Positions 1 to 8,483 of a stretch of DNA of 32,000 nucleotides are shown here, one piece after another; positions within the stretch are counted from its first letter, which is position 1, and each line of letters starts with the position of its first letter. A program made the position numbers and the translations under genes. Origin of the DNA: Candidatus Saganbacteria bacterium (GTDB taxonomy: Bacteria > Margulisbacteria > WOR-1 > JAKLHX01); assembly GCA_026387835.1 (NCBI GenBank), contig JAPLKZ010000011.1, forward strand, positions 86,135 to 118,134, written 5' to 3'. The notes below the pieces were generated by a model. It did no database searches. It saw only the letters and a program-made list of their open reading frames with translations, and had not been told where the DNA came from.

Positions 1-1073
<1,073 letters not shown>

Positions 1074-1077
<4 letters not shown>

Positions 1078-2279
1078 CCTCTAAGCTCCTTAAATGTTTT
1101 TGTCATGACCGGAAGGATCTCAAGGACGTCCCCGACTATTCCGTATGTTGCGACCCCGAATATAGGGGCGTAAGGGTCTTTGTTGATCGCGACTATGATG
1201 TCGGAAGAGGACATGCCTGCGAGATGCTGTATCGCGCCGGAAATACCGCATGCGATATAAAGTTTGGGGCTTACCGTCTTCCCGGTCTGTCCGACCTGGT
1301 GGAACTGCGATATCCATCCGGCGTCGACAGTGGCGCGCGAAGCTCCGACAGCTCCGCCGATCGTGTCGGCAAGGTCCTGTACCAGCCTGAAATTTTCCGC
1401 ACAGCCGATGCCCCTTCCTCCGGAAACAATTATCTCCGCCTCGGCAAGGTTTACCTTTTGCTCGGTCGATCTTATTATTTCTATAAGTTTTGTTCTTAAG
1501 GCTTTTCGGGAGATCTTCGGCTTAAACTCTATAATCCGGCCTTTTCTGTTCTGATCTTTTGGAAGCTTCTTGAAGACCTTAGGCCGGACGGTAGCCATCT
1601 GCGGCCTGTAATCTGGAGAGATGATCGTTGCCATGATATTTCCGCCGAAAGCAGGGCGTGTTTGTCTAAGGATCTTTTTATCAGGGTCTATATCAAGCCC
1701 CGTGCAGTCCGCGGTGAGGCCGACCCTGATCTGGCCGGCGATACGCGACGCGAGGTCTCTCCCCGTGGTGGTCGCTCCCAAAAGGACGATCTCAGGCTTG
1801 TACATTTTTATCAGGTCCACGATCACTTCGGTGTACGGTTCCGTCAGATAATTTTTTAGCAGCGGGTCGGTCGCCAAATATACTTTGTCGGCGCCGCTTT
1901 CAATGAGGGAGTTCACGGAGTCCTTTATGCTGTCATTTCCGAGAAGTACGGCCGCCACTTCCTCTTTAAGCGTGTGAGCGAGCTTTCTTGCCTCGGCCAA
2001 CAATTCCAGCGCGACTGATTGCACCTGGCCTTCATGCTGTTCGGCAAATATCCAGACCCCTTTAAAGGAAGAAAGGTCCTGCTTTGATGCCGTAACTTTT
2101 TTAGGCTCGATGATGACGGCGTTGAACTTGCAGGGAGCTATGCAGGCGCCGCAGAGCACGCAATTGTCATTTATTACCGCAAGCTTTCCACGCATCTCGA
2201 TCGCGCCGAAAGGACAGGAGGGAATGCATAATTTGCACCCTTTACATTTTTCCGCAATTACTTTAATTCCTTCAGGCAT
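1074..2279 (-). CDS. etfA: Electron-transfer flavoprotein alpha subunit with N-terminal 2x[4Fe-4S] ferredoxin domain
   Basis: 401-aa ORF. The first ~60 aa carry CKGCKLCIPSCP and CVLCGACIAPC cluster motifs. The rest is Etf-alpha, ending in the FAD-binding region PKLYIACGISGAIQHLAGM...AINKDP. The ATG shares its A with the etfB stop (TGATG). Confidence 0.9.
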
Positions 2280-3061
2280 CAGATTATTTTGTGCTCCTTT
2301 AGTTTCTTGAACAGTTTTTCCGAGACTTCCGCGGCTTCTCCCTCGAGGATCTCGCTTTTGCCTCTCGGAGGAGGAGTGAATATTTTTACGACCTGTGTCG
2401 GCGAGCCGTTAAGTCCGATGTTATCCTTGTCCGCGTTTATGTCAACCGCGGTCCATATAATGATCTCAGCTTTTTTTGCCCTCATCTGGCCTTTTAATGA
2501 CGGCATCCTTGGCTCGTTCATCTGTTTAAGTACTGTGACGGCAGCGGGAAGCTGTGTTTCAACAAGTTCTGCCGATTCCTCAAGATGCCTGCGGACCGTT
2601 ATTTTATTTCCTTCAATATCGGTCTTTATAGCAAAGGTTATCTGCGGTATGTCCAAGAATTGCGCCACGCCGGGTCCTACCTGCGCGGTGTCCCCGTCAA
2701 TAGCCTGTTTTCCGAAAAGAATAAGGTCAAAAGCCCCGATCTTCTTTATCGCTTGCGAAAGGGTGTAAGATGTCGCCCAGGTGTCGGCTCCCGCAAAAGC
2801 CCTGTCGCTGATGAGTATCGCATTGTCCGCTCCCATGGCGATAGCGCTTTTTAACGCTTCCGTGGCCTGTGAAGGGCCCATCGTAATGACGGTCACCTTT
2901 CCGCCGTGAATATCCCTGAGCCTGAGGGCTTCTTCTATGGCATTTTCATCAAAAGGGTTCACGATGCTTTTTACCCCTTCGCGTATAAGCGTGTTCGTTT
3001 TGGGATCGATCTTGACGTCATTCGTGTCAGGGACCTGTTTTATGCAGACGATGATGTTCAT
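2279..3061 (-). CDS. etfB: Electron-transfer flavoprotein beta subunit
   Basis: 260-aa ORF. The N-terminus MNIIVCIKQVPD and the central GKQAIDGDTAQVGP are typical Etf-beta. It lies immediately upstream of, and coupled to, etfA. Confidence 0.9.
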   Translation of the reverse strand: MNIIVCIKQVPDTNDVKIDPKTNTLIREGVKSIVNPFDENAIEEALRLRDIHGGKVTVITMGPSQATEALKSAIAMGADNAILISDRAFAGADTWATSYTLSQAIKKIGAFDLILFGKQAIDGDTAQVGPGVAQFLDIPQITFAIKTDIEGNKITVRRHLEESAELVETQLPAAVTVLKQMNEPRMPSLKGQMRAKKAEIIIWTAVDINADKDNIGLNGSPTQVVKIFTPPPRGKSEILEGEAAEVSEKLFKKLKEHKII

Positions 3062-3103
3062 GTTTTTTTTCTCTGTCGGCTCCCGATCGGATCGGGGCTT
3101 ACA

Positions 3104-4261
3104 CTATTTCTTTGTGGCTGCTTCCTTGATAAGGGAGAGCGCTATGACGTTTCTCTGTATCTGGTTAGTGCCTTCATAAATTTGAGTTATCTTTGCGTCC
3201 CTCATCATCTTTTCGACGGGATATTCTTTCATATAACCATAGCCGCCGAGCACCTGGACCGCATCGGTCGTCACCCTCATCGCCATATCGCTTGCAAAAA
3301 GCTTTGCCATTGCGGAATCTTTCGAAATATCGTCGGTGCCGGTATCAACTGTCCTGGCAGAAGCATAGACTAGAGCTCTTGCGGCCTCTATCTGTGTAGC
3401 CATATCGGCAAGGATATGCTGTACGGCTTGGATCGCCGAAATAGGCTTGTCAAACTGGATCCTCGTCCTTGAATAATTAACGGCTTCTTCAAACGCACCC
3501 TGGGCTATGCCGACTGCCTGGGCGCCGATGCCGGGCCTAGTCCTGTCAAGAGTTTTCATTGCCACAATAAAACCCATGCCTTCTTTCCCGAGTATCTGGG
3601 ATTTATGGATCTTGCAGTCCTGAAACACCAGCTCCCTTGTCGCGGAACATCTGATACCCATCTTGTTCTCTTTTTTGCCGAAAGTGAAGCCGGGAGTGCC
3701 TTTTTCCAATATGAAAGCTGTCGCGCCGCGGGTCCCTTTTGACTTGTTCGTCATGGCTATAACGGTATATGTTTCCGCTTCACCGCCGTTGGTGATCCAT
3801 TGCTTTGTCCCGTTAAGAATATAGTAATCGCCGTCTTTTTTTGCCGTAGTCTGTAAACCCGCGGCGTCGGAACCGGCATTGGCTTCGGTCAAACCGAAAG
3901 CCGCCAATTTCTTGCCGGATGCGATCGGAGGCAGATATTTTTGTCTTTGTTCCTCAGTCCCGAACATCAATATTGGATAAGCTCCCAGAGCTGAAGCGGC
4001 GAAAGTGACCCCCACTCCTCCGCAAACCCTGCTGATCTCCTCGGTAGCGAGACAGAATTCCATGCACCCTCCTCCAAAACCGCCCAGTTTTTCCGGTATA
4101 TAGAGGCCGCACAGGTCGGCTTCCGCGAATATCTTCATAAGTTCCCAGGGGAACTCGCCGGATTCGTCCAGTTCGGCCCTTACGGGTTTCACCTTCTCCT
4201 GCGAGATCTTCCTGGCAAGGTCCCTTATCATTTTTTGTTCTTCTGTCAGCAGATAATCCAT
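3104..4261 (-). CDS. Acyl-CoA dehydrogenase (short-chain / butyryl-CoA dehydrogenase-like)
   Basis: 385-aa ORF of full ACAD length. It has GLTEANAGSDA and the C-terminal catalytic-Glu context ITQIYEGTNQIQR. AGGAGG lies 8 nt upstream of ATG 4261. The order acd-etfB-etfA matches clostridial bcd-etfB-etfA. Confidence 0.9.
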   Translation of the reverse strand: MDYLLTEEQKMIRDLARKISQEKVKPVRAELDESGEFPWELMKIFAEADLCGLYIPEKLGGFGGGCMEFCLATEEISRVCGGVGVTFAASALGAYPILMFGTEEQRQKYLPPIASGKKLAAFGLTEANAGSDAAGLQTTAKKDGDYYILNGTKQWITNGGEAETYTVIAMTNKSKGTRGATAFILEKGTPGFTFGKKENKMGIRCSATRELVFQDCKIHKSQILGKEGMGFIVAMKTLDRTRPGIGAQAVGIAQGAFEEAVNYSRTRIQFDKPISAIQAVQHILADMATQIEAARALVYASARTVDTGTDDISKDSAMAKLFASDMAMRVTTDAVQVLGGYGYMKEYPVEKMMRDAKITQIYEGTNQIQRNVIALSLIKEAATKK

Positions 4262-4280
4262 CTGAATTTCCTCCTTTTGA

Positions 4281-4294
4281 TCTTACATCTTACA
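4281..4294. repeat. Tandem heptamer TCTTACA x2 (TGTAAGA x2 on the coding strand) just upstream of the acd Shine-Dalgarno
   Basis: Read directly: tcttaca (4281-4287) followed by tcttaca (4288-4294). Confidence 0.6.
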
Positions 4295-4300
4295 TTATTA

Positions 4301-4361
4301 ACCCTCACCCGGCCCTCTTTTTTTAATGAAAAGGGGCCACCCGACAGGGTACGGTGAGGGT
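4301..4361 (-). other. 61-nt nested inverted-repeat element (predicted three-stem RNA) abutting the fabH stop codon
   Basis: Outer arms ACCCTCACC (4301-4309) and GGTGAGGGT (4353-4361) give 9 bp. Inner hairpin GGCCC (4311-4315) / GGGCC (4334-4338) has extra A-T/G-T pairs. A small ACCC-tgtc-GGGT hairpin (rc of 4339-4350) lies between them. No U-tract follows on either strand. Hand-folded only. Confidence 0.35.
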
Positions 4362-5339
4362 CTATATTTCCCACCTTATGATGTTGGCCCCGGTAGTCAG
4401 CCCGGCGCCGAATCCGACAATAGCAATTATATCATCTTTTTTTATGCGGCCGCTGCGCCGTGCTTCGTCAAGCGCTATCGGGATCGACGCGGCAGAAGTA
4501 TTTCCGTACTTCTGGAGGTTCACGAAGATCCTCTCTTTGGGTATTGACAGCTTTTTTGACGTGTGGTCGATGATCCGGATATTTGCCTGATGAGGGATAA
4601 GAAGGGAAATGTCGTTTATCGAAAGTCCTGCCTCTTCAACGGCCTTCAGAAGCGAAGTCTCAAGAGCTTTTACGGCAAATTTGAAAACTTCCTTGCCGTC
4701 CATGGAGATGCAGCGCTCTTTTTCATTTTTTGGCCTGGGATTCCTGCTTCCACCCCCGGGCATCACAAGATGTCCGGCGCCTATTCCGTCGGCAGAAAGA
4801 TAGTCCGCCAGTATCCCGCGGCCTTTTTCGCAGGATTCAAGCACCACGGCCCCCGCGCCGTCACCAAAAAGCACGCAGGTCCCCCTGTCTGTCCAGTCAA
4901 GATATTTTGCCAGCGTGTCAGTCCCCACGACAAGCGCTTTCTTGTATTTTCCGGAAGAGAAGAACGCGTGCGCGGTAGCAAGGGCATAATTAAACCCTGA
5001 ACAGGCAGCCGAAACGTCAAAAGCGGCCGCGTTCTTTGCCCCGATCTTTCCCTGTATGATGCATCCGACTGACGGGAAAAGAGTGTCGGGGGTAGATGTG
5101 CCTACAATTATAAGGTCAAGTTCCTCGGCAGCAGTGCCCGCCGCTGAAAGGGCCTTTTTAACGGCAGTGAGCGCGAGGTCGGATGACGAGGTCTTTTCAT
5201 CCGTCACCCTTCTTTCTTCAATGCCAGTGCGGGACCTTATCCATTCGTCAGAAGTCTCGACGGTCTTTGAAAGATCGGCATTGGTCAGGATCTTTTCTGG
5301 AAGGGCGGACCCTGTTCCGATGATCTTAGCGCTTTTCAT
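4362..5339 (-). CDS. fabH: 3-oxoacyl-ACP synthase III FabH
   Basis: 325-aa ORF with the active-site Cys context DVSAACSGFNYAL, plus PHQANIRII and YGNTSAASIP. The ATG overlaps the plsX stop (ATGA). Confidence 0.95.
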   Translation of the reverse strand: MKSAKIIGTGSALPEKILTNADLSKTVETSDEWIRSRTGIEERRVTDEKTSSSDLALTAVKKALSAAGTAAEELDLIIVGTSTPDTLFPSVGCIIQGKIGAKNAAAFDVSAACSGFNYALATAHAFFSSGKYKKALVVGTDTLAKYLDWTDRGTCVLFGDGAGAVVLESCEKGRGILADYLSADGIGAGHLVMPGGGSRNPRPKNEKERCISMDGKEVFKFAVKALETSLLKAVEEAGLSINDISLLIPHQANIRIIDHTSKKLSIPKERIFVNLQKYGNTSAASIPIALDEARRSGRIKKDDIIAIVGFGAGLTTGANIIRWEI

Positions 5340-6310
5340 GCGATACCTTTCATAATGCTTTCCACTATATTTTCTTTCACGGCCTCGGCGCAGACCCTTA
5401 TTGCGTTCTTTACGGCTTTTGCCTTTGCTCTGCCGTGGGCCTTAAAAACTATGCCGTTCAACCCGAGAAGAGGGGCCGCGCCATGTTCGTCATAATCTAT
5501 GCGTTTTTTTAAATTGGAAAAAGAAGGCCTGAGAAGCAGAGCTCCGGCGGTTGACATCAGGCTTTTCTTAAGCTCTTCCTTAAGTAGTGTGATAATTATA
5601 TTGCTCGTGCTCTCGCACAGTTTAAGGACGACGTTGCCGACGAACCCGTCGCACACTATTACGTCGGCCTTGCCTGTAAGGATATCGTTCGGTTCGATAT
5701 AACCGGCGAAATTGATGCGGCTTTCTTTAAGCAGCGGGTATGACTCTCGCGTCAATTCATTCCCTTTTTCCAGTTCCGTCCCGATATTTAGCAGCCCCAC
5801 CCTGGGATTTTCGATGTGCATCACGTGTTCGGCATACTGGGCGCCCATCTGGCCGAACTGCTGGAGGTTCTTGGGCTTGCAGTCCACATTTGCTCCCATA
5901 TCAAGAAGCAGCACTTCCCCTCCCTGGACAGTCGGAAATATCGTGGCTATAGCGGGGCGCTCTATCCCTTCGATGCGGCCCAGCTTGAACAAAGACGCGG
6001 CCATCAGCGCACCCGTGTTTCCTGCCGAAATAAAAGCATCCGCCTTTTTATTCTTCACCAGTTCAAGCGCAATATTTATTGAGGAATTCTTTTTCTGTTT
6101 GGCAGCGATAACCGGGGATTCGTTCATGCCGATCACTTCATCTGCATGGACGATCTCGATGTTCTTTGACCTGACAAATGGTGCGACCCTGCGCCTGTCG
6201 CCGACAAGTATAAGGCTAAGCCCGCTTTCTTTTACGGCTTGTTCGGCGCCTTTAACGATCTCTTCGGGCGCGTGGTCACCGCCCATCGCGTCTATTGCGA
6301 TACGGATCAA
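5336..6310 (-). CDS. plsX: Phosphate:acyl-ACP acyltransferase PlsX
   Basis: 324-aa ORF with the N-terminus MIRIAIDAMGGDHAP. TTG start has AAGGAG 9 nt upstream. It follows rpmF as in the canonical cluster. Confidence 0.95.
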   Translation of the reverse strand: MIRIAIDAMGGDHAPEEIVKGAEQAVKESGLSLILVGDRRRVAPFVRSKNIEIVHADEVIGMNESPVIAAKQKKNSSINIALELVKNKKADAFISAGNTGALMAASLFKLGRIEGIERPAIATIFPTVQGGEVLLLDMGANVDCKPKNLQQFGQMGAQYAEHVMHIENPRVGLLNIGTELEKGNELTRESYPLLKESRINFAGYIEPNDILTGKADVIVCDGFVGNVVLKLCESTSNIIITLLKEELKKSLMSTAGALLLRPSFSNLKKRIDYDEHGAAPLLGLNGIVFKAHGRAKAKAVKNAIRVCAEAVKENIVESIMKGIA

Positions 6311-6313
6311 GGC

Positions 6314-6520
6314 TTATTTCTCCTTCTTGCCGTCCTTTTTTTCCTTAAGTGGGATCACCTGACGGCCTTGATATGTGCCGCATGACAGACAGGCTCTGTG
6401 AGAGAGGACCGGTTCTCCGCAGGAAGGGCAGGCTCCGAAATTGACCGGTTTTATCCTGAAATTAGCCTTTCTTCTTCTGTTTGTCCTTGTGTTGCTGTGT
6501 CGCTTCTTTGGTACCGGCAT
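6314..6520 (-). CDS. rpmF: 50S ribosomal protein L32 (zinc-ribbon form, Lys-rich C-terminal tail)
   Basis: MPVPKKRHSNTRTNRRRKANF... with CPSCG...CLSCG. AGGAGG lies 9 nt upstream of ATG 6520. Confidence 0.95.
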   Translation of the reverse strand: MPVPKKRHSNTRTNRRRKANFRIKPVNFGACPSCGEPVLSHRACLSCGTYQGRQVIPLKEKKDGKKEK

Positions 6521-7022
6521 TGTAAAAGTCCTCCTTTAATTTTGCAAACCTGGGATCTATCTTCTTACTGTTCTCTATGCAACCTTTTATTCCCTTACAA
6601 CCCTTATCACACAGAGTTTTTATCGGGATGCAGGAAATGAGCTCCTGCCTTATGATCTCCCCGATGTCTATCGTGTTATCTTTTTCTATCGGGAAGATAA
6701 AATCATCATCTCCAAGTTCTTTCTCTCCGCCGCGCCCATCTCCATTCTTTGTTGTCTTGCTGAACAGCTCTTCAAAATCGACCGTGATCTGCTGATCGAA
6801 ATCTTTTAGGCATCTGCTGCAGTTGAGTTTTATCTCCGCCAGGATCTTTCCTGTGACGATGACCATTTCCCCCGCATTTAGGAGATGAACACTCAGCTGA
6901 ACTGGCCCGGTTATCTCAAGACCGTCTTCAGGATATGAGACCCGGATCTGTTCTTCTACATCCTGATCGTTGCCGATCTCTTTCAGAAGACCGGTCAGGT
7001 CGATTTTCATTTGTATTTTCAT
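6462..7022 (-). CDS. yceD: YceD/DUF177 family protein (large-subunit rRNA accumulation protein)
   Basis: 186-aa ORF with Cys pairs CSRCLKDF and LCDKGCKG and a DPRFAKLKE-type C-terminal region. Its position directly upstream of rpmF is canonical. The start is uncertain (ATG 7022 or ATG 7010), and the 3' end overlaps rpmF by 59 nt. Confidence 0.8.
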   Translation of the reverse strand: MKIQMKIDLTGLLKEIGNDQDVEEQIRVSYPEDGLEITGPVQLSVHLLNAGEMVIVTGKILAEIKLNCSRCLKDFDQQITVDFEELFSKTTKNGDGRGGEKELGDDDFIFPIEKDNTIDIGEIIRQELISCIPIKTLCDKGCKGIKGCIENSKKIDPRFAKLKEDFYNAGTKEATQQHKDKQKKKG

Positions 7023-7050
7023 TATATAGGCTCATATAGCCGGGGGTCAA
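7021..7050 (-). promoter_or_regulatory. Candidate sigma70-type promoter for the yceD-rpmF-plsX-fab operon
   Basis: Minus strand reads TTGACC (7050-7045) - 18 nt - TATAAT (7026-7021). The -10 overlaps the first ATG of the ORF. Confidence 0.35.
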
Positions 7051-7061
7051 GGGAGGGGTGG

Positions 7062-7955
7062 TCAACGGGCCCTCGGATGAGTTTTGTCGTAAACAGATTT
7101 TAACCTTTCTTTTGTCACGTGCGTATATATTTGGGTGGTCGAAAGCGATCTGTGCCCGAGAAGTTCCTGTACGGACCTCAGGTCGGCCCCCCTTTCAAGA
7201 AGATGCGTGGCAAAGCTGTGCCTCAATGAATGAGGGGTCACCTTCTTGTCTATCCCGGCTTTTTTCGCGTATTTTTTTATCATGCGTTCGACTGACCTCG
7301 GGGTCAGCCGGCTACCGGAACGGCCGATAAAAAGCGCCCGGTTCTTTACGGTCCCGTTGGCCAGCTTATTCCTCGCATATTTGAGATAATCCCCCAATGC
7401 CGTCAGGGCGGAAGACCCGACCAGGACAATTCGTTCTTTAGAGCCTTTACCGAACACGGTCGTTTCGCCGTCAGATCTGTTAATATCATTCATATTAAGC
7501 CCTGTAAGTTCGCTTACTCTGATCCCTGAAGCGTACAGTATCTCGATCATCGCAAGATCCCTTATGCCGGCGGGTGTCTTTCTGTCGGGCTGCTCAAGCA
7601 GCCGTTCCATCTCTTCGATATACAAAAAATGAGGCAGATTTTTTTGTATCTTGGGTATCGATACTATCTTCCAGGGGTTGGAATGCGCATAGCCTTCTCT
7701 CATAAGGAATTTATAAAAGGACCGGTAGCAGGAGATCTTTCTTGCGACCGATTTTCTGGAAAGACCGTTGTTTTCCATTGCCATGATGAACGTCCTTGCG
7801 AGGAATTTATTGAATTGGTCAAATCCGTCAAGGTTTTGCCCCTTGATAAAAGAAGCGAACTGTCCCAGGTCAAGAGAGTAATTATCGGCAGTGTGACGGG
7901 AAAAGTTCCTTTCCCTTTTGATGTGGTCAATGAACAGGCCGATCTTTTTTAACAT
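7062..7955 (-). CDS. XerC/XerD-family tyrosine recombinase
   Basis: 297-aa ORF with an N-terminal SAM-like core-binding domain and the C-terminal catalytic region HSLRHSFATHLLERGADLRSVQELLGHRSLSTTQIYTHV. Confidence 0.85.
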   Translation of the reverse strand: MLKKIGLFIDHIKRERNFSRHTADNYSLDLGQFASFIKGQNLDGFDQFNKFLARTFIMAMENNGLSRKSVARKISCYRSFYKFLMREGYAHSNPWKIVSIPKIQKNLPHFLYIEEMERLLEQPDRKTPAGIRDLAMIEILYASGIRVSELTGLNMNDINRSDGETTVFGKGSKERIVLVGSSALTALGDYLKYARNKLANGTVKNRALFIGRSGSRLTPRSVERMIKKYAKKAGIDKKVTPHSLRHSFATHLLERGADLRSVQELLGHRSLSTTQIYTHVTKERLKSVYDKTHPRAR

Positions 7956-7965
7956 CTGCTAGGGT

Positions 7966-8400
7966 TCAAATACCGTACTTTGATCTTATTTCAGGGGTCA
8001 CGGGTGATATCTTGCCGTTTTCTTTGACCCATTCCTCTTTTTCTCCGGGATCCTTGGGCTCTCTGGTGTCTATATGGAGAGTCTTTTCCTGAGGATAGTA
8101 ACCTATGCCTGAGACCTCGGGCAGGCTTTTTGCAAAGGCATAGAGTTCTTTCAGATCGACGCCGTCGATAGAGATATGGGCTGCTTTTCCCAGGCGGTGG
8201 GAGTTCTTCTTTTGCGTGTCGTGTTTCTCGCTGTAGAGTTCGCAGCGGAACGCGTCATGGATGTGCGGGACCTTTCTAAAATGGGCGGCTACGGCTTCAA
8301 GCGCGCCCACAAGACCGAGATGTATCCTGACCTGGCCGCGGCACTCGCCGCAGCGGCAGGAAAAATCCCTGTTGCTGTAATGTTCGCTCAGATTTCCCAC
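7966..8400 (-). CDS. Peptidase M15A (YcbK/DUF882-like) family protein with altered metal-ligand motif
   Basis: 144-aa ORF. FSCRCGECRG, NSHRLGKAAHI (family pattern SxHxxGxAxD) and LHIDTR resemble zinc D,D-/L,D-peptidase M15A. GTG start has no SD. Confidence 0.55.
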   Translation of the reverse strand: MGNLSEHYSNRDFSCRCGECRGQVRIHLGLVGALEAVAAHFRKVPHIHDAFRCELYSEKHDTQKKNSHRLGKAAHISIDGVDLKELYAFAKSLPEVSGIGYYPQEKTLHIDTREPKDPGEKEEWVKENGKISPVTPEIRSKYGI

Positions 8401-8406
8401 GCAGAT

Positions 8407-8435
8407 ATTTTAGCACCAGTTGAGAGTGTTGGCAA
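8407..8435 (-). promoter_or_regulatory. Candidate promoter for the M15A-like/xer genes; predicts a leaderless GTG-start mRNA
   Basis: Minus strand reads TTGCCA (8435-8430) - 17 nt - TGcTAAAAT (8415-8407), then 6 nt to GTG 8400. Confidence 0.45.
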
Positions 8436-8448
8436 ATAATGGTAAAAT
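8420..8448 (+). promoter_or_regulatory. Candidate metK promoter
   Basis: TTGAGA (8420-8425) - 17 nt - TGgTAAAAT (8440-8448), about 30 nt upstream of the metK SD. Confidence 0.55.
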
Positions 8449-8483
8449 TATTTTGTTTGAAAATATTTAAAGGAGAAAAAGTA

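Noticed and set aside
3062-3103. Small palindrome CCCGATC-c-GATCGGG between acd and etfB as a terminator
   Set aside because: It would form only a 4-5 bp stem with a tiny loop, and no U-tract follows on the coding strand. It is more likely incidental, and the two genes are almost certainly co-transcribed.
4301-4361. Hammerhead-type or other small self-cleaving ribozyme in the three-stem element
   Set aside because: There is no CUGAUGA/GAAA core, and there are essentially no unpaired junction nucleotides to host a catalytic core.
7062-8400. M15A-like peptidase plus tyrosine recombinase as a remnant mobile element or prophage
   Set aside because: The recombinase looks like a standard XerC/XerD protein in length, N-terminal domain and catalytic motif. 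No flanking direct or inverted repeats were seen, there is no compositional break, and there are no other phage genes.
8401-8483. Possible SAM (S-box) riboswitch upstream of metK
   Set aside because: The spacer is only 83 nt, and both divergent promoters lie within it. The predicted metK leader is ~30 nt, far too short for a SAM riboswitch, and no conserved S-box helices were seen.
8439-8483. Track start codons for metK (8439) and the RRM protein (29717)
   Set aside because: In both cases an internal ATG has a proper SD at correct spacing and gives the family-typical N-terminus ([10 protein letters not shown]..., MAKTIFVGNL...). The upstream extensions have no SD and would lie over promoter elements.
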